A stretch of DNA of 64,000 bases from Burkholderiales bacterium (GCA_049651845.1 JBASCW010000037.1:501-64500), one strand, 5' to 3'; numbered from the stretch's first letter, positions 25,088-33,963 are shown. The notes: generated by a model not told the origin, from the sequence alone. Numbers and translations are program-made.

Positions 25088-27178
25088 ATGGAAACCGCCC
25101 GCAATTCCTTCTGTGCGCACTGCGCGCTGCCGATCGGCCGCCGGCCCGATCTGCGCCAGGTGAGCGGCGAGGCGCGCGTCTTCTGCTGTTATGGCTGCGC
25201 GATCGCCTTTCAGGTACGCCACGGCAACCACGAGGAGGCGGACGCCGCTTCGTTCCTGGTGCGCCTCGGCACCGGCGCCTTTCTCGCCATGAACGTCATG
25301 ATGTTGAGCTGGTTGTTCTACGGCGACTTCCCGGACCTTGACGGGGCGCTGCCGCGCGCCGGGATCCTGTGGGTGGTATGGCTGCTCGCAACTCCCGCGG
25401 TGGCGATCCTGGGGTGGCCGTTCGCGAGCGAGGCATGGCAAGAGGCGAAAAACGCCCGCGTCGGCGCGTCGGGGCTCGCCGTTTTCGGTGTCGCCTGCGC
25501 TTATCTTTACTCGACCTTCGTTCTCTTGCGCGGCGGCGAGGAGGTGTACTTCGACACGGCGACCATGGTGCTGGTCCTCTTTACTCTCGGCCGCTACCTG
25601 GAGGCCGCGGGGCGCGCCCGCGCGGCGCGCGATCTTGCGCCGATGCTCGAGGCGGAATCGCGAACGGCACGTGTCGGCGATGTCATCCGCGTCGCGCCTG
25701 GAGAGCGTATCGCGGTCGACGGTGTCATCGTCGAGGGACGCGCATTCGTGGACGAGGCGGTCATCTCGGGTGAGAGCCGGCGGCTTGAAAAGTCCGCGGG
25801 CGCAAGCGTGACCGCCGGCAGTTTGAATCTGGACGGCCATTTGCTGGTGCGCTGCGAAGCGGCCGGCGGCGACACGCGCTGGGGACAGATCTGCCTCGCG
25901 GTGCGCTCGGCGCTCAGCGCGCGCTCGCCGCTGCAGGGCGTTGCAGATCGTATTTCCGCGGCCGCTGTGCCGCTCGTGCTCGCGGTTGCGGCTGTGGTCG
26001 TCGCGGCCGGCGTATCTTCGCTTGGGTTCGACGAGGCCATGTTGCGCGGCGTTGCGGTACTCGTTGTCGCCTGTCCCTGCGCGCTCGGCCTGGCGGCGCC
26101 GCTCGCGGCAGCGCTTGGCGTGGCGAGACTGACGCGGCAGGGATGCATCGTGCGCAGCGGCGGCGTGCTCGAGTCCCTCGCCCGCGCGCACACCATCCTT
26201 TTCGACAAGACGGGAACCTTGACCTCGGGCACGCCGCGTCTGGTTGCGATCCAAACGAACGGCGTCGCGGCAGATTTGCTGCTGCGGCGCGCGGCGGGAC
26301 TCGAGCAGGGTTCCGGGCACGCCCTCGGACGAGGGATCGCATCAGCCGCCGCGGCGAGAGGGCTTCTGCCGCTCGCCGCACGCGACGCGCGCAGCATACC
26401 CGGCTGCGGCGTCGTTGCGACGGCCGAGGACGGCTCGACCGCCGCAGGGAGCGCGAAATGGCTGGCCGAGCTTGGCTTTCAGCCGGCCGGAGGCGGCATC
26501 GCAGAAGCGGCCGCGAGCCATGCGGCAAGCGGTTTCGCGCTGGTCCATGTCGGCTGGGCGGGCGCGGAGCGCGGCCTGATCGCGTTCGAGCATGAGCTGC
26601 GGCCCGAGGCCGAGGCGACCCTCGCAGCGCTCAGGCAGCAGGGCATTCGCTCGTTCGTCGTCAGCGGCGACCTGGCCGAAGCGACGCGGCGCACTGCCGA
26701 TGCCGCGGGCGCCGACGACTGGGTGTCCCAGGTCCCGCCCGAAGCGAAGGCCGAGCTGGTCGCGCTGTTGCGGCGCGAGCGCGGCGTCGTCGCCATGGTC
26801 GGTGACGGCATCAACGACGCAATGGCGCTTGCCGAAGCCGATGTCGGCATTTCCATCGCAAGCGCGACCGACCTCGCCCGGGAGACCGCCGACCTGGTGC
26901 TGCCGCGCAACAGCTTGGCGCTGCTGCCCTGGGCCGTCAGAATGGCAGGCGCGGTGCGGCGCACCATCGTCTCGAATCTCGTCTGGGCGTTCGGCTACAA
27001 CGCGGTCGCCGTCGCGCTTGCGGCGAGCGGTTTGCTGCAACCGATAGGAGCCGCTGCGCTGATGGCGGGCTCGAGCCTTCTGGTGATCGTGAATTCCCTG
27101 CGCCTGGAGCGTTTCCCGGCGCCCGAGGAAAAGGAAGCGGCCGTTGAAAGCGGATTGCCGGATGTTGCCCATGTTTAG
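25088..27178 (+). CDS. ccoI: Copper-translocating P1B-type ATPase, CcoI/FixI-like
   Basis: N-terminal Cys-rich region (CAHC, CCYGC), CPC motif (VVACPCALGLA), the phosphorylation site DKTGTLT and the hinge VGDGINDA. Confidence 0.85.
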   Translation: METARNSFCAHCALPIGRRPDLRQVSGEARVFCCYGCAIAFQVRHGNHEEADAASFLVRLGTGAFLAMNVMMLSWLFYGDFPDLDGALPRAGILWVVWLLATPAVAILGWPFASEAWQEAKNARVGASGLAVFGVACAYLYSTFVLLRGGEEVYFDTATMVLVLFTLGRYLEAAGRARAARDLAPMLEAESRTARVGDVIRVAPGERIAVDGVIVEGRAFVDEAVISGESRRLEKSAGASVTAGSLNLDGHLLVRCEAAGGDTRWGQICLAVRSALSARSPLQGVADRISAAAVPLVLAVAAVVVAAGVSSLGFDEAMLRGVAVLVVACPCALGLAAPLAAALGVARLTRQGCIVRSGGVLESLARAHTILFDKTGTLTSGTPRLVAIQTNGVAADLLLRRAAGLEQGSGHALGRGIASAAAARGLLPLAARDARSIPGCGVVATAEDGSTAAGSAKWLAELGFQPAGGGIAEAAASHAASGFALVHVGWAGAERGLIAFEHELRPEAEATLAALRQQGIRSFVVSGDLAEATRRTADAAGADDWVSQVPPEAKAELVALLRRERGVVAMVGDGINDAMALAEADVGISIASATDLARETADLVLPRNSLALLPWAVRMAGAVRRTIVSNLVWAFGYNAVAVALAASGLLQPIGAAALMAGSSLLVIVNSLRLERFPAPEEKEAAVESGLPDVAHV

Positions 27179-28058
27179 AGCGTATTTCCTTGCGTTGGCC
27201 GCGACCCTCGTGGTTGCCCCGGCATGGTCCGCAACGGAGCCTGCGGCGGTGGTTCTGGAGTACGCGCGCGCCCTGTATGCGCGGGACTTCGAGCGGGCTT
27301 ACCGGCTCGTTTCGCCGCGCGACAAGGCGGTCAAGCCGCGCCCGGTCTATCTTCAGGAGAACCGCGCGCTCGAGGGCGAAGCGCTGGAGTTTTCGCGGCT
27401 GCTGGCGTCGATGGTCGCGGTCAGCAGGATCAGGACGAACCGCACGGGCGATCGGGCGACGGTGACCTTCCGGGCGCTGCTGCCGGACGCAAACGCGGAT
27501 CGCGTGCGCGAGATGACCAAAGGTTTCGACGCGGCCGCCTTGAACAAGCTCAGCGCCTCGGAGCGCGAGGCGCGCATGCGCGAGCTCAAGCGCCTTTCCG
27601 GCATGCGACGGCTCCCCACCATCGAGAGCGCCAACGAGGAGTGGCATCTCGTCCGGGTGGACGGCCGGTGGTGGCTCGATCTCGACTGGGGTGGCGCGGT
27701 CCGCGTGCGCTTCGGCGCCGCGACGTTCGCCGGGCTGGGATGGGAATTCGCGCCGTTGCAGGAAGAGGTGCGAGCCCGTCCCGGCGAAACCCTTCAGGTC
27801 GTCTACCGGATCAGGAACGCCACGGCCGGCACGGTAACGGCGAAGGCACGCCATGTCGTTACGCCCGGCGCCGGCGCCAAGCACCTCGACATCGTGACCT
27901 GTTTCTGCTTTCTGGAGCAGACGCTCGGACCGGGACAAGTAGTCGAGCTGCCCGTGGTCTTTCGCGTGAGCTACGACGCGCCGGAGAACATCGGCCCGAT
28001 CGAAGTCCGCTACGAGCTCTATCCGGCGGAGGCGTTTCCAAAGGACGCGGCCTCATGA
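27162..28058 (+). CDS. Secreted two-domain protein with C-terminal Cox11/CtaG-like copper-chaperone domain
   Basis: Signal peptide MLPMFRAYFLALAATLVVAPAWSA. The C-terminal ~110 aa carry PGETLQVVYRIRNAT, DIVTCFCFLEQTLGPGQ and PVVFRV, including the CFCF copper motif at 27900-27911. The N-terminal domain is unassigned. Confidence 0.55.
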   Translation: MLPMFRAYFLALAATLVVAPAWSATEPAAVVLEYARALYARDFERAYRLVSPRDKAVKPRPVYLQENRALEGEALEFSRLLASMVAVSRIRTNRTGDRATVTFRALLPDANADRVREMTKGFDAAALNKLSASEREARMRELKRLSGMRRLPTIESANEEWHLVRVDGRWWLDLDWGGAVRVRFGAATFAGLGWEFAPLQEEVRARPGETLQVVYRIRNATAGTVTAKARHVVTPGAGAKHLDIVTCFCFLEQTLGPGQVVELPVVFRVSYDAPENIGPIEVRYELYPAEAFPKDAAS

Positions 28059-28585
28059 GGCTTCTCCTCTGTGCGCTGCTGATTGGGCCTTTGGCGGTCT
28101 TCGAGGCTGCCGCTGGCGGCCGGATCGAAGTGCGGGTGACCGATCATCGTGCGGGAATCGAGAATTTTCGCAGTCTCACGATTTCGGTATCGGAGGTGTG
28201 GTTGCACCGCTCCGGCCGCGCGCGCCGCGACGGCTGGACGGCGGCACTGAAAGATTCGCGCCCGGTGGACATCGTGCCCCTCAAGGACGGTAAATGGGAG
28301 AAGGTCGGCATAGGCGCGCTTCCCGCCGGCAAGTACGACGCCATCCGCGTCGATGCCATCGTACGTGAGGCCCGGCACAAGGGCACAAATGCGGTAGCCA
28401 TGGACCCGATGAGCACCGTGATCGCCTTCCATGACGAAGTCGAGATCAAGAAGGACGTGCTGCTGCCCGTGCTCCTGGACTTCCATGTCGAGGACCAGAC
28501 CGATCATGCGCCGCCCCGGTACGTTCTCAAGCTGCGCCACGTCGCTATCGGGCAGGACCCGCCCGTTACGGGAGGGGGACGGTGA
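28055..28585 (+). CDS. Secreted DUF4382-like protein
   Basis: ATGA overlap with the previous gene, plus a signal peptide. The pattern RIEVRVTDH, ISVSEVWLH, VDIVPLKDG, LPAGKYDAIRV resembles DUF4382. Confidence 0.4.
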   Translation: MRLLLCALLIGPLAVFEAAAGGRIEVRVTDHRAGIENFRSLTISVSEVWLHRSGRARRDGWTAALKDSRPVDIVPLKDGKWEKVGIGALPAGKYDAIRVDAIVREARHKGTNAVAMDPMSTVIAFHDEVEIKKDVLLPVLLDFHVEDQTDHAPPRYVLKLRHVAIGQDPPVTGGGR

Positions 28586-28649
28586 ATCGGCGCCATGGGT
28601 TGCTCGTGGTTTGCCTGTGAGCCTCCTGGTCAGCCTGCATAACCTCTCC

Positions 28650-29381
28650 ATGCTCCGTCCAATCGCCGTCCTGCTCTGTCTAATCCCCGCGTGCGTCTCA
28701 GCGAACGAGGCGGCGATTCGCAAGATCCTCGAGCCGATGCTGGGCGGGGCGAGAATCGAGGCGGTCGAGCCGGCGCCGGTCGCCGGGCTTTTCGAAGTCC
28801 GGGTACAGACGGCGGAGGGGCTTCGCATCCTCTACACCGATGCGACCGGCGCCTATATCGTCCAGGGGAGCATCGTCGAGCCGCGCACCGGCCGTGACCT
28901 GACCGAAGAGAAGCTGCGCAAGCTCAGCGCGATCAAGTTCGAATCACTGCCCCTCGAGCGGGCGGTGACGATCAAGCGCGGCAACGGCCGGCGCGTTCTG
29001 GCGATGTTCTCCGATCCCTACTGCCCGGCGTGCAAGCAGTTCGAAGGGGCGCTGCAGCAGGTCGAGGACATCACGATCCACGTCTTCATGTTCCCGGTCA
29101 TCCGGCCGGCTCTGGCCGAGCACTCGAGCGCCGTATGGTGCGCGCGCGACCGCGGCACCGCCTGGCTCGACCTGGTGCTTCGCGGCAAGCGGCCGGGCGC
29201 GAATACCGCGTGCGCGAACCCGATCGAGCGCAACCTGGAGCTGGGACGCTCGCTGCGCGTGAACGCCACGCCGACCCTGATCCTCGCCAACGGCGAGCGC
29301 TACAGCGGCGGCCTGCCCATTCCGGAGCTGACGAAGCTGCTCGATCAGGCGGCCGCATCGCAGTCCTCCAGACCTCGCTGA
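28650..29381 (+). CDS. DsbC/DsbG-family periplasmic disulfide isomerase (CPAC)
   Basis: Signal peptide, an N-terminal dimerisation-like domain and a thioredoxin fold with FSDPYCPACKQFE and VNATPTLILANG. Confidence 0.75.
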   Translation: MLRPIAVLLCLIPACVSANEAAIRKILEPMLGGARIEAVEPAPVAGLFEVRVQTAEGLRILYTDATGAYIVQGSIVEPRTGRDLTEEKLRKLSAIKFESLPLERAVTIKRGNGRRVLAMFSDPYCPACKQFEGALQQVEDITIHVFMFPVIRPALAEHSSAVWCARDRGTAWLDLVLRGKRPGANTACANPIERNLELGRSLRVNATPTLILANGERYSGGLPIPELTKLLDQAAASQSSRPR

Positions 29382-29385
29382 ATCC

Positions 29386-29880
29386 ATGAAGGTGCTCGGG
29401 TTCGCCGGCTGGTCGGGGAGCGGCAAGACCACGCTCATCGAGAAACTGATCCCGCGTTTTGTGCGGCGCGGCCTGCGCGTGTCGCTGATCAAGCATGCGC
29501 ACCATAGCTTCGATGTTGACCAGCCGGGCAAGGATTCCTACCGCCACCGCCACGCCGGGGCGGCCGAGATCCTCGTTACCTCGTCGCGCCGCTGGGTGCT
29601 GATGCACGAGCTGCGCGGCGCGCACGAGCCGGCCTTCGAGGAGCAGGTGAAGCGCCTCTCGCCGTGCGATCTGCTGCTCGTCGAGGGCTTCAAGCACGCG
29701 CCAATCCCCAAGATCGAGGTCTGGCGCGCCGCGACCGGCGAGCCGCTGCTGCATCCCGGTGACCCGCAGGTCGTGGCGGTCGCCTCGGACACGAAGCTCG
29801 ACATCCGTCTGCCGCTGCTCGACCTGAACGACGACGCGGGGATTTCTGAATTCATTCACAAGAAGCTCGAACTGGCGTGA
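29386..29880 (+). CDS. mobB: Molybdopterin-guanine dinucleotide biosynthesis adapter MobB
   Basis: 164 aa with Walker A GWSGSGKTTLIEKL, LIKHAHHSFDVDQPGKDSYRH and LVEGFK. Confidence 0.85.
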   Translation: MKVLGFAGWSGSGKTTLIEKLIPRFVRRGLRVSLIKHAHHSFDVDQPGKDSYRHRHAGAAEILVTSSRRWVLMHELRGAHEPAFEEQVKRLSPCDLLLVEGFKHAPIPKIEVWRAATGEPLLHPGDPQVVAVASDTKLDIRLPLLDLNDDAGISEFIHKKLELA

Positions 29881-30440
29881 GCAGGCTCGGCATTGCGCTC
29901 ACAGCCTGCATGGTGATCGCCGCGATCTCGATAGGGGTCTACTCCTTTTCGGATAGCACGGCATCACGCGCAGGCAGCCTGCCGTTCGCGCGCGGGAGTG
30001 CGCCGAAGCCGATCGCGGAGCTGCGATTTCAGGACGGCGCGGGCCGGCCGCGCTCCCTCGCCGGCTTTCAGGGCAAACTTGTGCTGGTCAACATCTGGGC
30101 GACCGGGTGCGGCCCGTGCCGCGAGGAGATGCCGGCGCTCGAGCGCCTGCACGCCGGGCTGGGCGGGCCCGATTTCGAAGTGGTGGCGCTCTCGATCGAT
30201 CAGTAAGGGCCGCAGGCCGTGCGCAGGTTCTTCGACGAGATCGGCATCAAGGCGCTGCAGCTCTACATTGATCCGTCGGCGCAAGCGGCGTTCAAGCTGG
30301 GCGCCCCGGGCGTGCCCGCGACCCTGCTCGTCGATCGTTCGGGCCGGGAGATCGGCCGCCACGCGGGGCCGGCGAAATGGGATGCGCCCGAAATCGTCGA
30401 GGATCTGGCGCGGTGCTTGAGGGAAGGAAAGCCGCGTTGA
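29877..30440 (+). pseudogene. TlpA/ResA-like membrane-anchored thioredoxin interrupted by one in-frame TAA
   Basis: Track ORFs 29877-30206 and 30219-40 are in the same frame. Read together they give VNIWATGCGPCREEMP...VVALSIDQ*GPQAVRRFFDEIGI...GVPATLLVDRSGREI, a normal TlpA-type sequence apart from the stop at 30204-30206. Confidence 0.7.
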
Positions 30441-31063
30441 CGGAGACCTCGACTCTTGGAGCGGTAACGGCGTTCGCGGCCGGCACCGTGTCGTTCCCTT
30501 CGCCCTGCGCGCTGCCGCTCGTACCGGCCGACATGTCCTGCGTCACCGGCCAGTCCCTCGCCCCGGGCACCGGCGCTGCGGGAGGGCAAAGCGCGCGCGC
30601 GAATGCTGCGCTGCTGAGCCTATGCTTCGTGCTGGGATTCTCCGCGGTCTTCGTCGCGCTCGGGGCGAGCGCAACCGCACTCGGCCGGCTACTGCTCCAG
30701 TACCGCTACGAGGCGGCAATCGCGGGCGGGGCGCTCGTCATCGTCTTCGGCATTGCCATGCTGGTGGGCGTCGAGCGCATTCCGTTCCTGCGCCGCGACC
30801 TGCACTTTCAGACACGGGTTGCGACCGGCAATCCCGCGTCGGCCTTCCTCCTCGGGCTGGCGTTCGGTTTTGGATGGACGCCGTGCATTGGCCCGATCCT
30901 GGGAGTCATCCTCACGGCCGCGGCGGTGAGCGAATCCGCCTCGGCGGGCATCCGCCTGCTCGGTGCATATTCCGCAGGACTCGGAGCTCCGTTCCTCCTT
31001 ACGGGCTTGGTGCGGAGTCCGCATCCGGCTACGGGCGCGTGCGAGGATTTCACTGATCCCTAA
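30437..31063 (+). pseudogene. CcdA-like membrane protein, degenerate and probably 3'-truncated
   Basis: TTG start overlapping the previous stop. It carries the motifs SFPSPCALPLVP and GWTPCIGPILG. The last expected helix is replaced by a non-hydrophobic tail (RSPHPATGACEDFTDP). Confidence 0.5.
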
Positions 31064-31182
31064 AGGCGGTCCGCCATGGCTGCTTGCGCCACGGTCGCCT
31101 TCGTCGCCTTGGGCCGCGCCGAGGCAGGCGTGCTCAACTCCCCGGTGTACGAGCATTGGTTCGAACGATTCGCCTGCAACGC

Positions 31183-31545
31183 CTACCGCACCGGCAGCTT
31201 GACCCTGACCGATTTTCCGCCGTACCCCTTGGGCTTGTGGCGCGCGCGGACCACTACTTCCGTGATGTTCGCCGGCACGCGTACGCCATACAGGTCGCGC
31301 GTGAACGGCTGCTCGGTTTCGTGCGGATGCAGCAGGATGCGCTGCCCGAGGACCTTGCCGTCCGGCCCCAGCACTTCGAACGCATCGGCGTAGTAGTCCC
31401 AGCCCTTGTCGACGCTGTGCACGGTGACGTCGAAGTCGTAGACACCGGGCGCGCTGCGCCGGACCTTGACGTCCACGACGTCGGCTTCGCCCGCGTGGGC
31501 GAGCGGCGCCGCAAGCGCCAGCAAAAGGAAAACGAACCGCCTCAA
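31183..31545 (-). CDS. Small secreted Cys-free protein of unknown function
   Basis: TTG start, signal peptide RRFVFLLLALAAPLAHA, and a 100-aa mature part with His-containing segments (VTVHSVDKGW, LLHPHETEQPF). It is the last gene of the Trx-CcdA operon. Confidence 0.45.
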   Translation of the reverse strand: MRRFVFLLLALAAPLAHAGEADVVDVKVRRSAPGVYDFDVTVHSVDKGWDYYADAFEVLGPDGKVLGQRILLHPHETEQPFTRDLYGVRVPANITEVVVRARHKPKGYGGKSVRVKLPVR

Positions 31546-31583
31546 GCGGCCGGGCTGCTGCCCGCGAAAAAATAGGACGGCGT

Positions 31584-32312
31584 TCAATAGCGCGTCGTCA
31601 GGTCGTTGAGCCAATCCGGATAGAGTCCGACGGCCCAGGCCTCGAAGGACTTGTCGAATCCGCTCAGGATCGCGATCCCCAGCAGCACGAAAATGATGCC
31701 GAGCACGGACTTCCCGAGCTTGCCCGCCGAGAGCATGCGGCCGCGCATCCGGACCATGCTGGCGCGCGAAATCGAGCCGAGCGCGACCAGCGGGGTGCTC
31801 GCGCCCAGGCCGAAGATCACCATGAGGAGGGAAATCTGCGCCAGGTTCTGGCCCTGCGACGCCAGCGTTGTCGCGGCCCCGAGCGTGGGGCCGACGCAGG
31901 GCGACCAGACCACGCCAAGCACCATCCCGATGACGAACTGACCCGTCAGGCCGTTCAGGTTCAGCCGGGAGATGACGCTGTCGCCCGCGGCGCTCAGTCC
32001 GGATGCGGCCGTCGCAATGCGCTGCTGAAGCCCGGTCGACAGCAGAAGGATTCCGAACGCGATGAGGATGACGGCCGCGATATTGCGCAACAGCGCCCGA
32101 TCCAGGCCGAGCGAGGCGCCGAGCACGGCAACGAAAACGCCGACCGAAGCAAACGCGACCGTAAGGCCAAGCGCGAGTGCGTAGGGTCCGAGCCGGTGCG
32201 CCGCCAGCGCGGTGGCGACGACGATAGGCACGAGGGGAAGCACGCAAGGCGAGAGCGTCGTCAGTATCCCGGCGGCGTAGCCCAGTCCGTAAGTGCCCGG
32301 CCCGAACTCCAT
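31584..32312 (-). CDS. ccdA: CcdA/DsbD-beta family membrane protein (second copy)
   Basis: 242 aa with LSPCVLPLVP and WSPCVGPTLG. Paralog of 7132-7866. Confidence 0.85.
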   Translation of the reverse strand: MEFGPGTYGLGYAAGILTTLSPCVLPLVPIVVATALAAHRLGPYALALGLTVAFASVGVFVAVLGASLGLDRALLRNIAAVILIAFGILLLSTGLQQRIATAASGLSAAGDSVISRLNLNGLTGQFVIGMVLGVVWSPCVGPTLGAATTLASQGQNLAQISLLMVIFGLGASTPLVALGSISRASMVRMRGRMLSAGKLGKSVLGIIFVLLGIAILSGFDKSFEAWAVGLYPDWLNDLTTRY

Positions 32313-32336
32313 CGGCGTGCTTCTCCCAGCCGTTTC

Positions 32337-32720
32337 TCAGAGCGCCTTGGCGAAGACCGCCGCGAGGTCGGCTTTCCGGGTCTGCCCGGTCGAGCGCGCG
32401 ACCTCCTTGCCTCCCTTGAATACGACAAACGTGCTTTGCTGGGATACGCGGAGCGCCTTCTTCAGTTCTTTTTCCTTGTCGAAGTCGGCCACGAACAGCG
32501 TGACATCCTTCATCTTCGCGTCGCGCATCAGCTCCAGCACGATCGGCTTCTGCGTCTTGCAGGTCGGGCACCAGTCGGCGTAGAAGTCGACGATCACCGG
32601 CCGGCCTTCGGCGATAGCCCTGTCGAACGCCGCCTTGTCGTAGGGCTGCTCGCCTGCCGCGGCGCCGATGGAAAAAAGCAATGCGAGAGTCGCGCATGCG
32701 CGCTTGAGCCAGATTTTCAT
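32337..32720 (-). CDS. Secreted thioredoxin-family protein (WCPTC), second copy
   Basis: 127 aa with a signal peptide and YADWCPTCK. Clear paralog of 7876-8256. ATGA overlap with the upstream gene. Confidence 0.85.
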   Translation of the reverse strand: MKIWLKRACATLALLFSIGAAAGEQPYDKAAFDRAIAEGRPVIVDFYADWCPTCKTQKPIVLELMRDAKMKDVTLFVADFDKEKELKKALRVSQQSTFVVFKGGKEVARSTGQTRKADLAAVFAKAL

Positions 32721-33439
32721 TTTGCTTGCTCCTGTAAGGTCTTGCTGTTCAGAAGATGGTCCGCCAGCTCCGCGAATCCATCCACCACGAGGGTGCAGGC
32801 CGGATTTGCGTTCGGGTCGGGCGGACCGCCGGGGCCCCATTCCTCGGGACGGCGCACGAACGCGGTCTGGAATCCGCAGGCGCGTGCGGCGTCGAGGTCG
32901 AAGTTGTGGCAGGCGACCATGAGGATTTCGGCGGGCTCGAGCTGCAGCCATTTCGCAGCCGTGCGATACGCCTCCGGCCGCGTCTTGTAGATGCCGATCA
33001 TTTCGCAGGAGATGATGGCGTCCCAGTCGATGCCGTTTTTCTTCGATACGTCGATCACCAGCGACGTGGTGAGCAGCGTAAAGGAGGCGACCACGTAGCG
33101 CTTGCGCAGGCGCGCCGCCGCCGCCGGAAAATCAGGCCAGGCGTCGAGCGCATGCCAAGTGCGCCAGATCGCGTCGCGATCGGCTGCGGTCAGCGCATCC
33201 AGCTTGAACTCGGCGATGACTTCGTCGAGTTTTGCGCGGTGCACGTCGTCGAAGTTGTAGGAAGGATGCTCGGCGTTGACGATGCCCTTGAGCGAGCGCC
33301 GCCGGTATTCGTTGGTGATCGCCGCCCAGTCTGCCTTCAGGCCGCGCGCGGCGCCGGCCTTGGCGAACGCGCCGCTGATGCCTCGGTGCCAGTCGAGAAT
33401 CGTGCCGCCCGTATCGAAGGCGAGGGCCTTGAGCGTCAC
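32717..33439 (-). CDS. HAD-superfamily hydrolase, haloacid dehalogenase type II-like
   Basis: GTG start overlapping the upstream stop. AFDTGGTILDW nucleophile motif, SFTLLTTS, and MVACHNFDLDAARACG. Confidence 0.7.
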   Translation of the reverse strand: MTLKALAFDTGGTILDWHRGISGAFAKAGAARGLKADWAAITNEYRRRSLKGIVNAEHPSYNFDDVHRAKLDEVIAEFKLDALTAADRDAIWRTWHALDAWPDFPAAAARLRKRYVVASFTLLTTSLVIDVSKKNGIDWDAIISCEMIGIYKTRPEAYRTAAKWLQLEPAEILMVACHNFDLDAARACGFQTAFVRRPEEWGPGGPPDPNANPACTLVVDGFAELADHLLNSKTLQEQAK

Positions 33440-33963
33440 GCTTCGCCGCGCGCGGGGTAGTTCTTGCTCAGCGCAAAGTCGATCGCGCCCAGGATGTCCT
33501 TGAAGTGCGGGCGGGCGAAGGGCATGGTGGAGACCGAGGCCCAGTACAGGGTGGCGTCGGGCTTGACGAGAAAGATGCCCGGCTCGGCGAACAGCGCCGG
33601 CTCCTCGATGCCCGCCGAGGTCATCCCCCGGCCCGTCGATACATAGAGTCCCCACTCGCGCGCCTTGTCGATGCCCACGCCATAGCCGACGGCGAGGCCC
33701 GGCAGGCCCCATTTCGCCTTCGCTTCGGCTGCGCGCTCCTGCGAGTCGGTGCTGGTGATGACGGTGGAAACGCCGCGCTTGTCGTAGTCGGCGATCATGC
33801 CGTTCAGTTCGGAGGTGTAGCGGTGGCAGATCGGGCAGTGCAGGCCGCGGTAGAACACGATCATGGTGAAGTTCTGCGGCTTCTGCGCGGCGAGCGACCA
33901 GCGGCCGCCGCCGACGAGGTCGAACTCGAGCGCGGGGGCGGGTTTGCGGGGCAGCAATGCCAT
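33436..33963 (-). CDS. Peroxiredoxin/redoxin-like thioredoxin-fold protein (CPIC)
   Basis: RBS GAGGAG 6 nt before the ATG at 33963. FYRGLHCPICHRY motif and no signal peptide. Confidence 0.6.
   Translation of the reverse strand: MALLPRKPAPALEFDLVGGGRWSLAAQKPQNFTMIVFYRGLHCPICHRYTSELNGMIADYDKRGVSTVITSTDSQERAAEAKAKWGLPGLAVGYGVGIDKAREWGLYVSTGRGMTSAGIEEPALFAEPGIFLVKPDATLYWASVSTMPFARPHFKDILGAIDFALSKNYPARGEA

Noticed and set aside
30204-30206. Recoding (selenocysteine or pyrrolysine) at the in-frame stop of the TlpA-like gene
   Set aside because: The codon is TAA, not TGA or TAG. It is not at the CxxC active site, and I see no SECIS-like hairpin just downstream.
31076-31393. 105-aa plus-strand ORF after the truncated CcdA-like gene
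   Set aside because: It overlaps the better-supported minus-strand secreted-protein gene (31183-31545), has no RBS or family signature, and has a Cys/Arg/Ser-rich composition typical of a wrong frame.
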